The notes under the pieces: generated by a model | What the model saw: only the letters and a program-made list of their open reading frames with translations | Told to the model about the DNA's origin: nothing | Database searches by the model: none | Made by a program: the position numbers and the translations under genes | From: Blastocystis sp. Blastoise | Lineage: Eukaryota > Protista > Bigyra: Opalinata | NCBI GenBank assembly: GCA_039096225.1 | Contig: JBBPEB010000030.1 | Coordinates: 186,001-250,000 of the forward strand | DNA: 64,000 nt | Reading direction: 5' to 3' | Part shown: one piece after another, positions 1 to 15,529 of the stretch | How positions within the stretch are numbered: the stretch's first letter is position 1 | Layout: each line of letters begins with the position of its first letter

Positions 1-452
1 ATTTATATATATTATTTACCAACAAAGAATCTAATTCTCTCATAAGAGAACAATAAAATTGAGTTTGAGCTTTCTTTACAAGTATTATACAATAAAGAAT
101 ACATTCATATTGATCTTTTTCTAGGTCATATTCAATACTACATAATAAATTGTGTATACATAAAGGAAAAGAATATATAAGTTTATACCTATGTGAAGAT
201 AGAATTTCCATATTTATCCTTTGTTTCCAATCTAAAATAAATTAGTGTGCTAATTAAATAAATATACTTGGAGTATTATTATAATCGTTATTTATTATCA
301 TATTGGAATCTAAAAAAAATAAAAGAACGAATAAATCATAATACAAGTAACGATTATACTTATTTATAATATATATTATTTACTATATCTATATCTTCAT
401 ACATACATATAGATTTAAGAAAAGAAATAGGCTTCGTTGAATTAGGACTCAT
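1..452 (-). CDS. Hypothetical multi-exon protein, 5' part, runs off the left edge
   Basis: Four short exons joined by GT-AG introns stay in frame from ATG 452 (MSPNSTKPISFLKSIY...NWKQRINMEILSSH...IEYDLEKDQYECILYC). No recognisable family. Confidence 0.3.
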
Positions 453-1425
453 TTAGATTTGCTGAACTATAGAAATAATAATTTATTTATAGAACTTGTA
501 GTATTTTTATGATGTATCATCACAAAAAACAGCATTGCTAATATATCATGTGGTCAATATGATAATTAGTATTAAAGAAAAAAGAATATATGATCATTAA
601 GACATATACCACGATATTTATATTCGTATAGAATGTTTATTTTATATTCTAGATATAAAAAGAAACCATAGAGATGATAATTTGAATAATATATGTTTGA
701 TGATTCATACAAATTATTTATAGATGTTCTCAGTATATCTTATTTTATGATAAAAACAATTTAGTATAAATATAGATATAGGAAACACACTATTCAAATC
801 CCAAGAAAAATCTTGTTTTGTCAGTCTGTTTTTCTAAGCCATTTTTTTATTTGGGGTTGTTACGATTATGATTTTGGTGATTCAATAGCTGCTACTCGTA
901 GATAGAATAATATTCAGTTTAGTTATTTGACATCAATAATTGTGTATACATTTCCTTTTCAATGATTCACTTAATTATTGTTTCTCGATTATCTCGGATG
1001 CTTGGTATAGTATGTGGTTTGTTGTGAAATGAAATATAGGGTCAGTACAAAAGTTTGTTGAGGTAATTATTGTTGATCCCTTAAAATTTGCTTGGTTCTA
1101 TGTATAATATATTTACCTAGACTATAAAAATATGAAAAGACTGAAAAAAACAAGAATATAAAAATGAATATGAAACATTATTGTGTTTTTTCCTGTTATA
1201 CGTATATAGTATCACATTGCTATAGACAGTATACTTATTCGATGTAATTATTATAATAGTACTTGAAAAACTAATAACGAAAAACACAGTTTTTAAAATG
1301 ATAAAAGAATCGAAAAAGAATTTGGGATGAAGAATGAGTTCAGTTAGGAAGTTTAACCAGTTTTTTCCATTAAATATACTAATAATTATCTATTTTGTTA
1401 TTATAAATAGTTAAATTTTGAGGAG

Positions 1426-4494
<3,069 letters not shown>

Positions 4495-5905
4495 TTGATA
4501 TATATATATATATATATACCTTGTTTTTATTAGTATGTAACCTATGTTTCTCAATAAACTCTCTATTTACTATATTCTACATTATTATTGTATTACATAC
4601 TTTTTACAACACTCTCTTTATATGTTAAAATTATTTTCTATATAAAAATTTTTTTTTTTATATTCTTTTGTTATTGAATAATTTATATAAATATTATTTA
4701 AATAATGTTCTTTTTTAACCATTCATAAATAAATTTGTTTATGCTTCATTCAGTATAAAAATTGGGTATCTATTCTAAGCATAGTATAAACAGAAACTCA
4801 AAAATAAGATTGATATAAGATGAAAAAGCAATAACACCTCGCTATTATATATATATATCGACACATAAGAATAAATATCGATACTTATGAATAACTATAT
4901 ATATGCTAATAATATCTTTTATATGCAAATTATAAAAATATCTCAATTAAAAATGGTATATAATGCTATAGAAGTAATGCTAAAAATGAAATCATTTCAT
5001 GAAAATATTTTCATTATACAGTCTTATATAACAAAGTATATATATACATAGATAAGTTTATAATCAAATCTATATAAAGAAACAGTGGGATTTTTAAAAT
5101 ATGATCTTTCAAATAAGGTATCAACAAAAACCATGAATTTTCATTCAATATTTTACAGAAAAATAGCAAATATGAGATATAGAATATTTTTCATGATATA
5201 TTATGAATCCAAACTATAGTTATTTAAAGATATCATCGACGACCAATCACATCAATAATGTTAGTATCTCATTGTTCATGTTTTTTTATACTAAAATATG
5301 TTTTACAATATATATATACTTGTATATTTATATATAATAATAAAAGAATTTATTACTTCACAAGTTACTGAAAGAATATAATATCTTCCCATATATTTTT
5401 CATCATTTCATGAATTCTAGATTATCAGATAGAATAGTCTCTTCTTGTAGCTAAATTATGATCTAACAAAGTCTTATCAATAAAACTGTTGATCCAACCT
5501 AAATTCTTAAAATTAAAGTATTATATTCCACTCATAGATAAGCTTTGAATTTCTGTTAATTGAGTAATTGTTGATATTTCTATATTTGATAATGACGAAA
5601 ATGATTACACTTACATCTCAATAATTAATATTTGAGATTTGGTATAACGAAAGTCACCTTGTTTTCCAAAGCATATATTGATATATTAATATGTAAATAT
5701 CACAATAAACTATTGATTCAACAGATTTTACAAAAAAAAGATTCCCACGAGAATAAATTGAGGATATATGCCTACAAATAATAACAGAATGTGGATGTTA
5801 TGGAAAATGTGTCTACCAAGAATGTACATATTAGCAATATCTTTTGTTTATAGAAAGTATTTGAAAACAAAAGATTTGTTTTCAAAGTAATTCTATTATT
5901 AATAA

Positions 5906-7858
5906 ATGTTTTTCTTTGTTGTAATAACTGCGATATTGCTTTCTGAGATTCAAGTATATAATTGATTGGACAATCAAACAGTATTTAGGCTTCAACATTA
6001 ATAAAAACGAAATTAATTCATAGCAATTATCCATGGATCTATTATACAAATATGAAAATAGGATCTCAAGAATCTCCTGCTCAACTAGCAATTGTAAGTT
6101 TTTTTTAAACTCTTTCAAGAAATATTTTTTATAGAGCACACTTATTGGATCCACCATTGTACAATCGAAAACATGTTTTGGATGTAATTATGTATATGGA
6201 ATTCTTTACTAGTTTTTATAATTTAGGCTTCTTCATATCCTTATGATATGAATAATTCTACAACTGTGTTACCTATTAGTTGTGACAGTTATGAATGTCA
6301 ATCAAGTATGGTATCATCTCATTTTTTTCTATTCTCATGTTCACTCTTATATATCACTTTTTAGATACTTGTGGTCGTCGTGATTGTGATGGAACTTGTC
6401 AACCTTCAACTCATGCATGTTGTGCTAAATCTGATAAATCTATTTGTGGTTTCGGTTTAGAGTTTATGAGTAATATAGAGTATATATTAATAATAATTTG
6501 ATCATTGTCTATCTACTTATATTTTTTCCTATATTATAGAGTATATGGTAGTGTCATCCGTGATAATATAATGTTCCAAACAACAACAGGATGGTCTACA
6601 CCTTATCCTACTACTATAGGTTATATCGAGTATTGAATAATTTATTACATATATATATTTATATTGTATATCTAGTCGTATAGTTGGTACTTATAAAGAA
6701 AAAGATGGACTATTAGGATTAGCTTATAAATCGAAGGGCTGTGACCCTTCTTGTTTTAATACTTATTTTGATGATATGGTAGATACTATAAGTGGAATGA
6801 ATAATATATTTACCATGTGTTTTGGAAATAACGATGGAATTCTTACTTATGGAGGAATTGATAAAGATCTTTATGTATATTGTTGTTTATTTGCTTTTTA
6901 TTCTTAATATTTATTTTTATATCTTAAACTATATGATTTCAATTATATTATTTATGATAAAACTATTATTGTTTTTTTTCTTCATGTTTATTTATTCATA
7001 TTTGTATAGTATGGTAATATAACATGGATCAATTTGATTGGAGACGGATTCTATTCTGTAGAATTTAATGATATTCGTGTCAATAATATTTCTATGTTTC
7101 ATTCAATTGTATATATATTTACCTTTTTATTTATAGTTGAAATTATGGCTACAAGTACATTCTTGATTTATTTATTTTTATTTTAATAATATATATAGGA
7201 AACTCGTTATGCCTATTTTAATACGATGGATTTTGCAATAAGCCTTCAAAGTGATCTTTATCAATCGATTGTGGAATACCTCAAAACTAACTACTGTCAT
7301 CTTCCTTGTATATTCTATATACTTATTATTATTCATATTATTTACATTCTATGAATTTATTTCTAGAGTATATATCTCTTATATACAAAATATATATTTT
7401 ATATAATTTGTTATTTATTATTGTACTTAGCTATATGTGGTAAACAGACTATTTTTGAGAATTATTGTTTGACATCTCCTCCTTCTTCTGATTGGCCTTC
7501 AATTGATATTTATTTGAATGGAATACCTATCTCTCTATCACCAGATCTCTATTTTATTCCATTACCTGACAAAGATAATACTATATATTGCTTTGCAATC
7601 AATAAATTGACTTCAGGTGAGGTATATTATATATTATGTGCATATATATATATATATGCTATTTTCTTATTGATTTATAGGATGTAAATACATTCGGGAG
7701 TTCGTTGATGAGAGGCTTTACTTTTGTTTTTGATAAAGAACAAGATCGAATTGGAATTGCCACTCCTAGTAGTTCTTGTCATGGTATATTATTATTATAT
7801 GTATTATTATGTTTATTATGTTTATAATTATATTTTTAATTATTTAAATAATATTTAG

Positions 7859-7892
<34 letters not shown>

Positions 7893-8199
7893 CAACATCA
7901 TTAGGAGGTATTAACAGATTATTTATTACTTCTCTACCTGATAAACATTTTTTAAATAATTATATTATTATTTATTGTATAACCCTTGCTATTATGTACT
8001 TCATTATAGTCATTATGTATATATATATATATACTATTCATTTTTTATATACAGTATGTACTAAATAATCTTATTCTATAGATTACAATATCGTTCGTAT
8101 CATAACAAAGTGCAATTTGTTAATGAGAAATCTATAAATAATAACTCATTAGATTTATCTTCTCAATCTTTAACAAATCAAAAACATTCTACCATTTAA
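5906..8199 (+). CDS. Tandem paralog of the aspartic protease, predicted catalytically inactive, 13 exons
   Basis: Colinear with 1426-4494 (QTTTGWSTPYPT, DGLLGL, DKEQDRIGIATP); 12 GT-AG introns give an open frame to TAA 8197-8199; DTG replaced by STL and DSG by NTM. Confidence 0.85.
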
Positions 8200-9833
8200 A
8201 GTAATTTTGAATCTTCAGATTAGAATGAAAAATTAGACTTACGAATACTATTATTTAGTCACCCAACTACGTCTAACCTGGAAAATATACATATTTTACA
8301 ATATTTATTTAACTATATATGTATTATATAATTTGTGTATAATAGTATATATATATCTATATCTTTAAACATCTCAAAATATCTCAATTATTATATCCAT
8401 AGTGTCTTTTATTTATTATCAATAATTATTTCATCATATGCAAAGTCATGTACTCTGGTTTATTAAAATCATTTGTTAATAATTATAGGTCTATCTATAA
8501 TTTGTTAATAACTTTTTATTATTAAATTGAATTATATTATAGAATTTCAAAAGAGATTTGTTTTGTTGCTATCTGTCTTTTGATTTTGATTTGTGAGAAT
8601 TTACAGCGTTTATAATACCGTAAATTTTATTTGTTTATATATATTTGCAAAAAATAATATATAAATGGAAAAATATCAACCAATTTTTTATAAAAAACAC
8701 GAAATAATGAATGCTTCTAATATACTATACATTAATGGAAATATACCATTGGATTAGAATTCACTTTAGTAAAAGAGTAAAAAAAATGAAAGCATCAAAC
8801 AGTCAAAAAAACATAGAATGATACTACATATGATCATATATACTATAAACAGTTTAAAAACTATTTTTATAAGAATTATAGAAAAACATTAAATAGTATA
8901 CAAATAAAAGAAAAGTTATAATAAAAATTGTTTTTATTTTTCAATAAACAATGTTTTTTATTTTTATTCTTATATTTTGTGAATGGAATATAGAATATAG
9001 ATTTTGTTATATGTATGATACACTTATATTGGAAACGAATACTATTTCTATGTATTGTCAAGTGATAGACAAAATTATTATAAGTTTTTTTTTATAAATT
9101 AAAATTAATAGTATTTTATGTTATATATTCTTATACAAATGATTCATCAAGAGAGTAGTGTTGTTATTTCAATAATATAATATTTTTTTTCTCAAATAAA
9201 AAGATTCAAGTCAATAGTGAGTTATTATAAAAGTCTGAACATTAAAAATAACTTGTTTTAGCTCAGTTTAAAACAATTTTAGGATAAATATGGATGAAAT
9301 GATGTATTCATTTTAAGTTGAAAAATAGGATAGTCTTCTCATTGATATGTGGTTGTAACTACATAATATAGCATTATCAATCAAGAAAGTGCTCAAATAA
9401 ATAGAAAAAACACAATATTTTGGGAAATCCAAAAATTCCCAGGAGAATCATGAATAATTTAGGAGAGAATGCCATTTTTCTGGAAACTTGGCTTCTGATG
9501 GGATTTGGATCTTAGAATAAAAGAAGCTATTCACGGTTATTTTTGTTTTTATAGTAAAAACCAATAAATACTCATGGGAATTACCAGAAGAAACATTTTT
9601 TGTTTTCTTTACTTATTCATTTAAGGTTGTTTTCTATGAAAGGATATATGCTTTTAAGAAAATTATCTTTTACACTTGTATTAAATAATGAAATAGACAA
9701 ATGAAATGTTAAAAATGAGATTTTTATCCAATAGAAACACTTATATCATAAAGATTAATAAAATGAGAAAGACATTTCATTGAGTAATTGTGTATATTTT
9801 ATTTGTTTATAAGAGTCAAGTACATATATAAAT

Positions 9834-12800
9834 ATGGCTCAAGTTCCTATTAATTTTACTGAAGTTGCTAATCTTAGCAGCTTAGGTATTGCTCCTGCTA
9901 ACATTAACTTCAAGAATGTAACTATGGTATCTGATAAATACATTTGCATTCGTGAAGAAGGTGCTACTCCCTCTCTTGCTATCGTTGATACTGATAAGAA
10001 CTTCCAAGTTACTCGTCAACCCATGGGTGCTGAAGCTGCTATTATGAACCCTGTATCTAAGGTTATTGCTCTTCGTAAGGGTAATCAACTTCAAGTATAC
10101 AACCTTGATATGAAGTCTAAGATGGCTTCTTTCAAGCTTCCTGATAGTGCTTCTGTTACTTATTGGACTTGGATTGATACTAAGACCATTGCTATTGTTA
10201 CTCAAGCTGGTGTTTTCCATTGGTCTATTGAAGGAGAAGCTACTCCTAAGAAGATCTTTGATCGTTTACCCGATCTTGCTTCTTCTCAAATTATTAATTA
10301 CAGAGTTTCTGCTAATGGTAAATGGTGCCTTCTTATTGGTATTAAGAAAGGTGCTAACAATTCTATTGCTGGTGATATTCAACTTTATTCTATTGAACAT
10401 AAGAAGTCTCAACATCTTTTCGGACATGCTGCTGGTTTCTGTACTATTGAACCTGCTAAGGGTAAGCCTTCTGTTGAAGTTTTCGTCTTCATTGAAAAGA
10501 AGGATGCTATGCCTCAAGGTAGATTCTTCTGTATGGAAGTTGGTAATCCTCAAGGTTTTAAGATTGTCCCTAAGGAATTCAAGTTTGCTCCTGATGCTCC
10601 TACTGATTTCCCTGTATCTCTTGAACTTGATCAAGCTAAAGCTATTGCTTATGTTGTAACTAAATTCGGTTATGTTTACATGTTTGATGTTTTCACTGGT
10701 TCTCTTCTTTTCAGATCTCGTCTTTCTACTGATACCATCTTCGTTACTGTTAATACTCAAGATGGTGGTGTTTTCGGTATTACTACTCAAAAGGGTCAAG
10801 TTCTTAAGGTATCTATGAATGAAGATAATCTTATTCCTTTCGTTCTTAATACTCTTAAACAACAACAATTAGCTCTTGAATTAGCTACTCGTCTTGGTTT
10901 ACCTGGTGCTGATGATATTTTCCGTGCTCAATTTGAAAATGCTATGCAAAGAGGTGATTTCAAGAGTGCTGCTAAGATTGCTTACTCTTCTCCTCCAGGT
11001 GTTCTTCGTACTGAATCTACTCTTCGTAGACTTCAATCTATGTCTGCTATGCCCGGTCAACAAGCTCCTTTCCTTCAATATGTTTCTACTCTTCTTGAAT
11101 GTGGTCAACTTAATGAAATTGAAACCATTGAATTATGTAGACCTGTCTTCCAACAAGGTAAGAAGAATATTATTGAAAATTGGTTAAAGGATAATAAGCT
11201 TACTTGTTCTGAAGCTCTTGGTGATATTTTCTTCCAACAAGATGCTAAGCTTGCTCTTGGTGTTTATTATAAGGCTAAGGCTCATGATAAGGTTATTGCT
11301 TGTTTAGTTAGACAAGGACTTTTCGATAAGGTTCTTCAATATGCTAAGACCAATAACTATACTCCTGATTATAATGATCTTATTCGTCGTTTAATTCAAA
11401 GTGATCCTCAAGGTGCTGAAAACTTTACTAAGATGTTAGCTAGTACTGATGCTTCTCTTATTGATGCTGAAAGTATTGCTGATGCTTTCCTTACTATGGG
11501 ATTCACTCAACAAGCTACTGGTATTCTTCTTGAAATTATTCAAAAGAGAGGTGATCTTCCTGAAGATGGTCATATTCAAACCCGTGTTCTTGAAATTAAC
11601 CTTTCTCAAGGTCATACTCAAGTTGCTGAAGCTATTCTTTCTTCTAACATTATGACTCACTTTGATAAAGCTAAGATTGCTTCTCTTTGTGAAAGAAGTG
11701 GTCTTGTTCAACAAGCTCTTGAATTATATTCTGATCTTGATGATATTAAGAGAGTTATTGTTAATACTCAAATGTTAAAGCCTGAATGGTTAGTTACTTA
11801 TCTTGGTTCTATGGCTCCTGAAAATTGTATGGAATGTCTTCGTGCTTTAGTTTCTTCTAATCTTAGAAATATTCAAATTGTTGTTAAGGTAGGTCAAACT
11901 TATGCTGAAACTCTTGGTAGTGATAATATTGTTGCTCTTCTTGAAGAATATAATTCTACTGAAGGTCTTTTCTACTTCCTTGGTTCTATTGTTAATACTA
12001 CTAAGGATCCTAAGGTTCAATTTAAGTATATTCAAGCTGCTACTAAACTTGGTCAATATAAAGAAGTTGAAAGAATTTGCCGTGAAGGTGAAGCTTTTGA
12101 TCCTCAAGAAGTTAAACAATTCCTTATTGAAGCTCGTTTACCTGAACCTCTTCCTCTTATTCATGTTTGTAATAGATTTGATATGTTAGATGAAATGACT
12201 CAATATCTTTATGAAAATAAACTTCCTAAGTATATTGATGCTTTTGTTACTAAGGTTGCTCCTCAAAAGACTCCTGTTATTATTGGTAAACTTATTGATT
12301 TAGATGCTTCTGATGAATATATTATTGGTCTTCTTAATGCTGTTAGTGCTCAATGTCCTATTGCTCAACTTGTTGAAGTTGTTGAAGGTAGAAATAGACT
12401 TCGTATGCTTCAAGGATGGTTAGAAGCTCGTCTTTCTGAAGGTAATCAAACTCCTGAACTTCATAATGCTATTGGTAAGATTTACATTACTATTAATAAG
12501 GAACCTCAAGAATTCCTTCTTAAGGATCAATTCTATGAACCTGCTGTTCTTGGTAAATTCTGTGAAAAGTTAGATCCTTATCTTGCTTATCTTGCTTATA
12601 GACGTGCTAATGGTGGTTGTGATGATGATCTTATTCGTGTTACTAATGAAAATGGTCTCTTTAAGGATCAAGCTCGTTATTTAGTTGAAAGACAAGATGA
12701 AGCTCTTTGGACTAAGGTTCTTAATGAAGAAAATGAATTTAAGGATCAACTTGTTGAACAAGTTGTTAATACTGCTCTTCCTGAATCTAAGAATCCTGAT

Positions 12801-15041
12801 GAAGTTTCTAAGACTGTTAAGGCTTTCATTGATGCTGATTTACCTGAACATCTTATTGGTTTATTAGAAAGATTAGTTCTTCAAGGTTCTGATTTTGCTA
12901 ATAATAAGAATCTTCAAAACTTACTTATTATTACTGGTGTTCGTGCTGCTAGAGATAAGGTTATGGAATATATTAATAGACTTGATAACTTTGATGGTCC
13001 TAAACTTGCTCTTTTCTGTTTAGATGAAGAATATAAATGTTATGAAGAAGCTTTCACTATTTACAAGAAGTTCCAAATGCCTGTTGAAGCTGTTTGTGTT
13101 CTTCTTAATCAAATTCAATCTATTGATCGTGCTTATGAATTTGCTGAAAGATGTGCTAATCCTCAAGTTTGGTCTAAGGTTGCTAAGGCTCAATTAGATG
13201 ATGGTCAAGTTGATGCTGCTATTGCTTCTTATATTCGTGCTCAAGATCCTTCTAATTACTTAGATGTTATCTTTGCTGCTGAACGTGATGGTTGTTATGA
13301 ATCTCTTATTGATTATCTTCATCTTGTCCGTAAGACTATGAAACAAGCTCGTGTTGATACTTCTCTTGTTTATGCTCTTGCTAAGACTGATAAGATGGCT
13401 GAATTAGAAGAATTTATTATTTCTCCTAATGTTGCTCAAATTCAAAATGTTGGTGATCGTTGTTATGATGAAGGTATGTATGAAGCTGCTAAGAGACTCT
13501 TTGATAATATTGGTAATAATGCTAAGTTAGCTGCTTGTTACATTGCTCTTGGTAAATATCGTGAAGCTGTTGATGCTGCTAAGAAGGCTAATGCTGTTAA
13601 GACTTGGAAGGAAGTTAATGAAGCTTGTCTTAAGGCTCAAGAATATAAACTTGCTGCTACTGCTGCTCTTTCTATTATTGTTTCTCCTGATCATCTTGAA
13701 TCTCTTGTTAATACTTATGAATCTCGTGGTCTTTATGATGAAATTATTAAGATTATGGAACAAGGTCTTGGTTTAGAAAATGCTCATACTGGTATTTTCA
13801 CTGAACTTGCTTGCTTATATTCTAAGCATCGTCAAGAAAAAGTTATGGAACATCTTAAGATTTTCTGGAATAGAATGCATGTTCCTAAGGTACTTCGTGC
13901 TTGTGAAAATGCTCGTCTTTGGAATGAAGCTGTTTATCTTTATGTCCAAACTGAAGAATATGATATGGGTGTCCGTACTATGATGGATCATGCTGCTGAT
14001 TGTTTCAATGAAAGTGAATTCTATGATATTATTCAAAAGGTCCGTAATCAAGAATTATTCTACAAAGCTATTGATTACTTCTTATTAGAACAACCTCTTC
14101 TTCTTGAAAAGTATCTTGCTATGTCTAAGGCTAACCTTGATCACTCTCGTGTTGTTCTTCAAGTCCAAAAGGCTAAACATCTTCCTCTTATTCAACAATA
14201 TCTTAAGAGTGTTCAATCTGAAAATATTGCTGTCGTTAATGAAGCTATTAATGATTTATGTATTGAAGATGAAGATTATGAAGCTCTTAGAGAATCTGTT
14301 GATTCCCATGATAACTTTGATCAAATTGCTTTAGCTTCTAAGCTTGAATCTAATGATCTTCTTGAATTCCGTAGAATTGCTGCTTATCTTTATAAGAGAA
14401 ATGAAAAGTATGAAAAGTCTGTTGAAATCTCTAAGAAGGATGAAATGTTTGCTGATGCTATTGAAACTGCTTGTGTTTCTCGTAAGGATGAAATTGCTAC
14501 TGATCTTCTTACTTATTTCGTTGAAAAGGGTGATAAGGAATGTTTCTCTGCTACTCTCTTCACTTGTTATGATCTTATTGAAGCTGATGTTGCTCTTGAA
14601 CTTGCTTACAGATACAACTTTATCTCTTTCGCTATTCCTTATTTCGTTCAATACATTAAGGAAACCAACAACAAGATTGCTGAATTAGAAAAACTTGTTA
14701 AGCCTGAAGATAATGGTTTCGTTCAACCTGCTGTTGCTCCTTTCGGTGGTGTAATGCAAATTGCTGATGCTGCTGCTCCTATGGCTCCTATGGCCCCTAT
14801 GGGTGCTCCTATGGGTGCTCCTGCTCCTATGGCTCCTATGGGTGGTATGCCTCCTATGGGTATGGCCCCTATGGGCGCTCCCATGGGTGCTCCTGCTCCT
14901 ATGGCTCCTATGGGTAACATGGCTCCTATGGGTGGTATGCCTCCTATGGGCATGGCTCCTATGGGTATGGCTCCTATGGCTCCTATGGGTGGTATGGCTC
15001 CTATGGGCGCTCCTGCTACTCAAATGGGTGGTATGTGGTAA
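9834..15041 (+). CDS. CLTC: Clathrin heavy chain, intronless
   Basis: 1735-aa ORF with typical terminal domain (TMVSDKYICIRE, AEAAIMNP), CSEALGD, FCEKLDP, LEFRRIAAYLY. Confidence 0.99.
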   Translation: MAQVPINFTEVANLSSLGIAPANINFKNVTMVSDKYICIREEGATPSLAIVDTDKNFQVTRQPMGAEAAIMNPVSKVIALRKGNQLQVYNLDMKSKMASFKLPDSASVTYWTWIDTKTIAIVTQAGVFHWSIEGEATPKKIFDRLPDLASSQIINYRVSANGKWCLLIGIKKGANNSIAGDIQLYSIEHKKSQHLFGHAAGFCTIEPAKGKPSVEVFVFIEKKDAMPQGRFFCMEVGNPQGFKIVPKEFKFAPDAPTDFPVSLELDQAKAIAYVVTKFGYVYMFDVFTGSLLFRSRLSTDTIFVTVNTQDGGVFGITTQKGQVLKVSMNEDNLIPFVLNTLKQQQLALELATRLGLPGADDIFRAQFENAMQRGDFKSAAKIAYSSPPGVLRTESTLRRLQSMSAMPGQQAPFLQYVSTLLECGQLNEIETIELCRPVFQQGKKNIIENWLKDNKLTCSEALGDIFFQQDAKLALGVYYKAKAHDKVIACLVRQGLFDKVLQYAKTNNYTPDYNDLIRRLIQSDPQGAENFTKMLASTDASLIDAESIADAFLTMGFTQQATGILLEIIQKRGDLPEDGHIQTRVLEINLSQGHTQVAEAILSSNIMTHFDKAKIASLCERSGLVQQALELYSDLDDIKRVIVNTQMLKPEWLVTYLGSMAPENCMECLRALVSSNLRNIQIVVKVGQTYAETLGSDNIVALLEEYNSTEGLFYFLGSIVNTTKDPKVQFKYIQAATKLGQYKEVERICREGEAFDPQEVKQFLIEARLPEPLPLIHVCNRFDMLDEMTQYLYENKLPKYIDAFVTKVAPQKTPVIIGKLIDLDASDEYIIGLLNAVSAQCPIAQLVEVVEGRNRLRMLQGWLEARLSEGNQTPELHNAIGKIYITINKEPQEFLLKDQFYEPAVLGKFCEKLDPYLAYLAYRRANGGCDDDLIRVTNENGLFKDQARYLVERQDEALWTKVLNEENEFKDQLVEQVVNTALPESKNPDEVSKTVKAFIDADLPEHLIGLLERLVLQGSDFANNKNLQNLLIITGVRAARDKVMEYINRLDNFDGPKLALFCLDEEYKCYEEAFTIYKKFQMPVEAVCVLLNQIQSIDRAYEFAERCANPQVWSKVAKAQLDDGQVDAAIASYIRAQDPSNYLDVIFAAERDGCYESLIDYLHLVRKTMKQARVDTSLVYALAKTDKMAELEEFIISPNVAQIQNVGDRCYDEGMYEAAKRLFDNIGNNAKLAACYIALGKYREAVDAAKKANAVKTWKEVNEACLKAQEYKLAATAALSIIVSPDHLESLVNTYESRGLYDEIIKIMEQGLGLENAHTGIFTELACLYSKHRQEKVMEHLKIFWNRMHVPKVLRACENARLWNEAVYLYVQTEEYDMGVRTMMDHAADCFNESEFYDIIQKVRNQELFYKAIDYFLLEQPLLLEKYLAMSKANLDHSRVVLQVQKAKHLPLIQQYLKSVQSENIAVVNEAINDLCIEDEDYEALRESVDSHDNFDQIALASKLESNDLLEFRRIAAYLYKRNEKYEKSVEISKKDEMFADAIETACVSRKDEIATDLLTYFVEKGDKECFSATLFTCYDLIEADVALELAYRYNFISFAIPYFVQYIKETNNKIAELEKLVKPEDNGFVQPAVAPFGGVMQIADAAAPMAPMAPMGAPMGAPAPMAPMGGMPPMGMAPMGAPMGAPAPMAPMGNMAPMGGMPPMGMAPMGMAPMAPMGGMAPMGAPATQMGGMW
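14770..15035 (+). repeat. Coding (GCT)CCTATGG(G) repeat giving the APM/PMG-rich clathrin tail
   Basis: Many ccTATGG units translate to APMAPMGAPMG. Confidence 0.9.
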
Positions 15042-15529
15042 ACGAAGTAATTATTTTTCTTTTTTCCATTTTTGCGATATCTGATATATATATAATATAC
15101 TATTAGTATTATATGTAACATAGTCTAGTTTAGTCAATAAACATTTTTATTGTGTATAAAAAATTGTTAAAAAAATTTATCTGTTGTTTTGTTTGTATAT
15201 TAAGTTTGTAATTGTTAGATAAAAAAATTACATTTGCTTTGAATAAAATAATTTTTTTTTTGAGAATAATATTATAATATTTTCTTCCAGCTAAAATTAT
15301 TTTAGCACTACAAATGACATACGAAAATATAATCGTGAATAATTAAATATTCTGTATTTTCTTTTTGTTTTTTCCCAAATAGAACATCATCATTAACTAA
15401 ATTCATATCATTCAACTTTGTTCTGATTATCGCAGTATATGTTATAAAATCTACTGATATTTTTATAATTCATTATTTGATTTATGATGTATCTATATTT
15501 ACTATCTTTTAGAAACAATCTTCTCAACA

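Noticed and set aside
5380-5700. Exon-like minus-strand fragments with a GTAAGT..TAG intron
   Set aside because: Stops interrupt the frames and no family is recognisable; possibly a decayed gene, but unsupported.
9882-15084. Many overlapping and antisense ORFs within clathrin and GH27
   Set aside because: By-products of strong codon bias in the real frame; no protein-like features.
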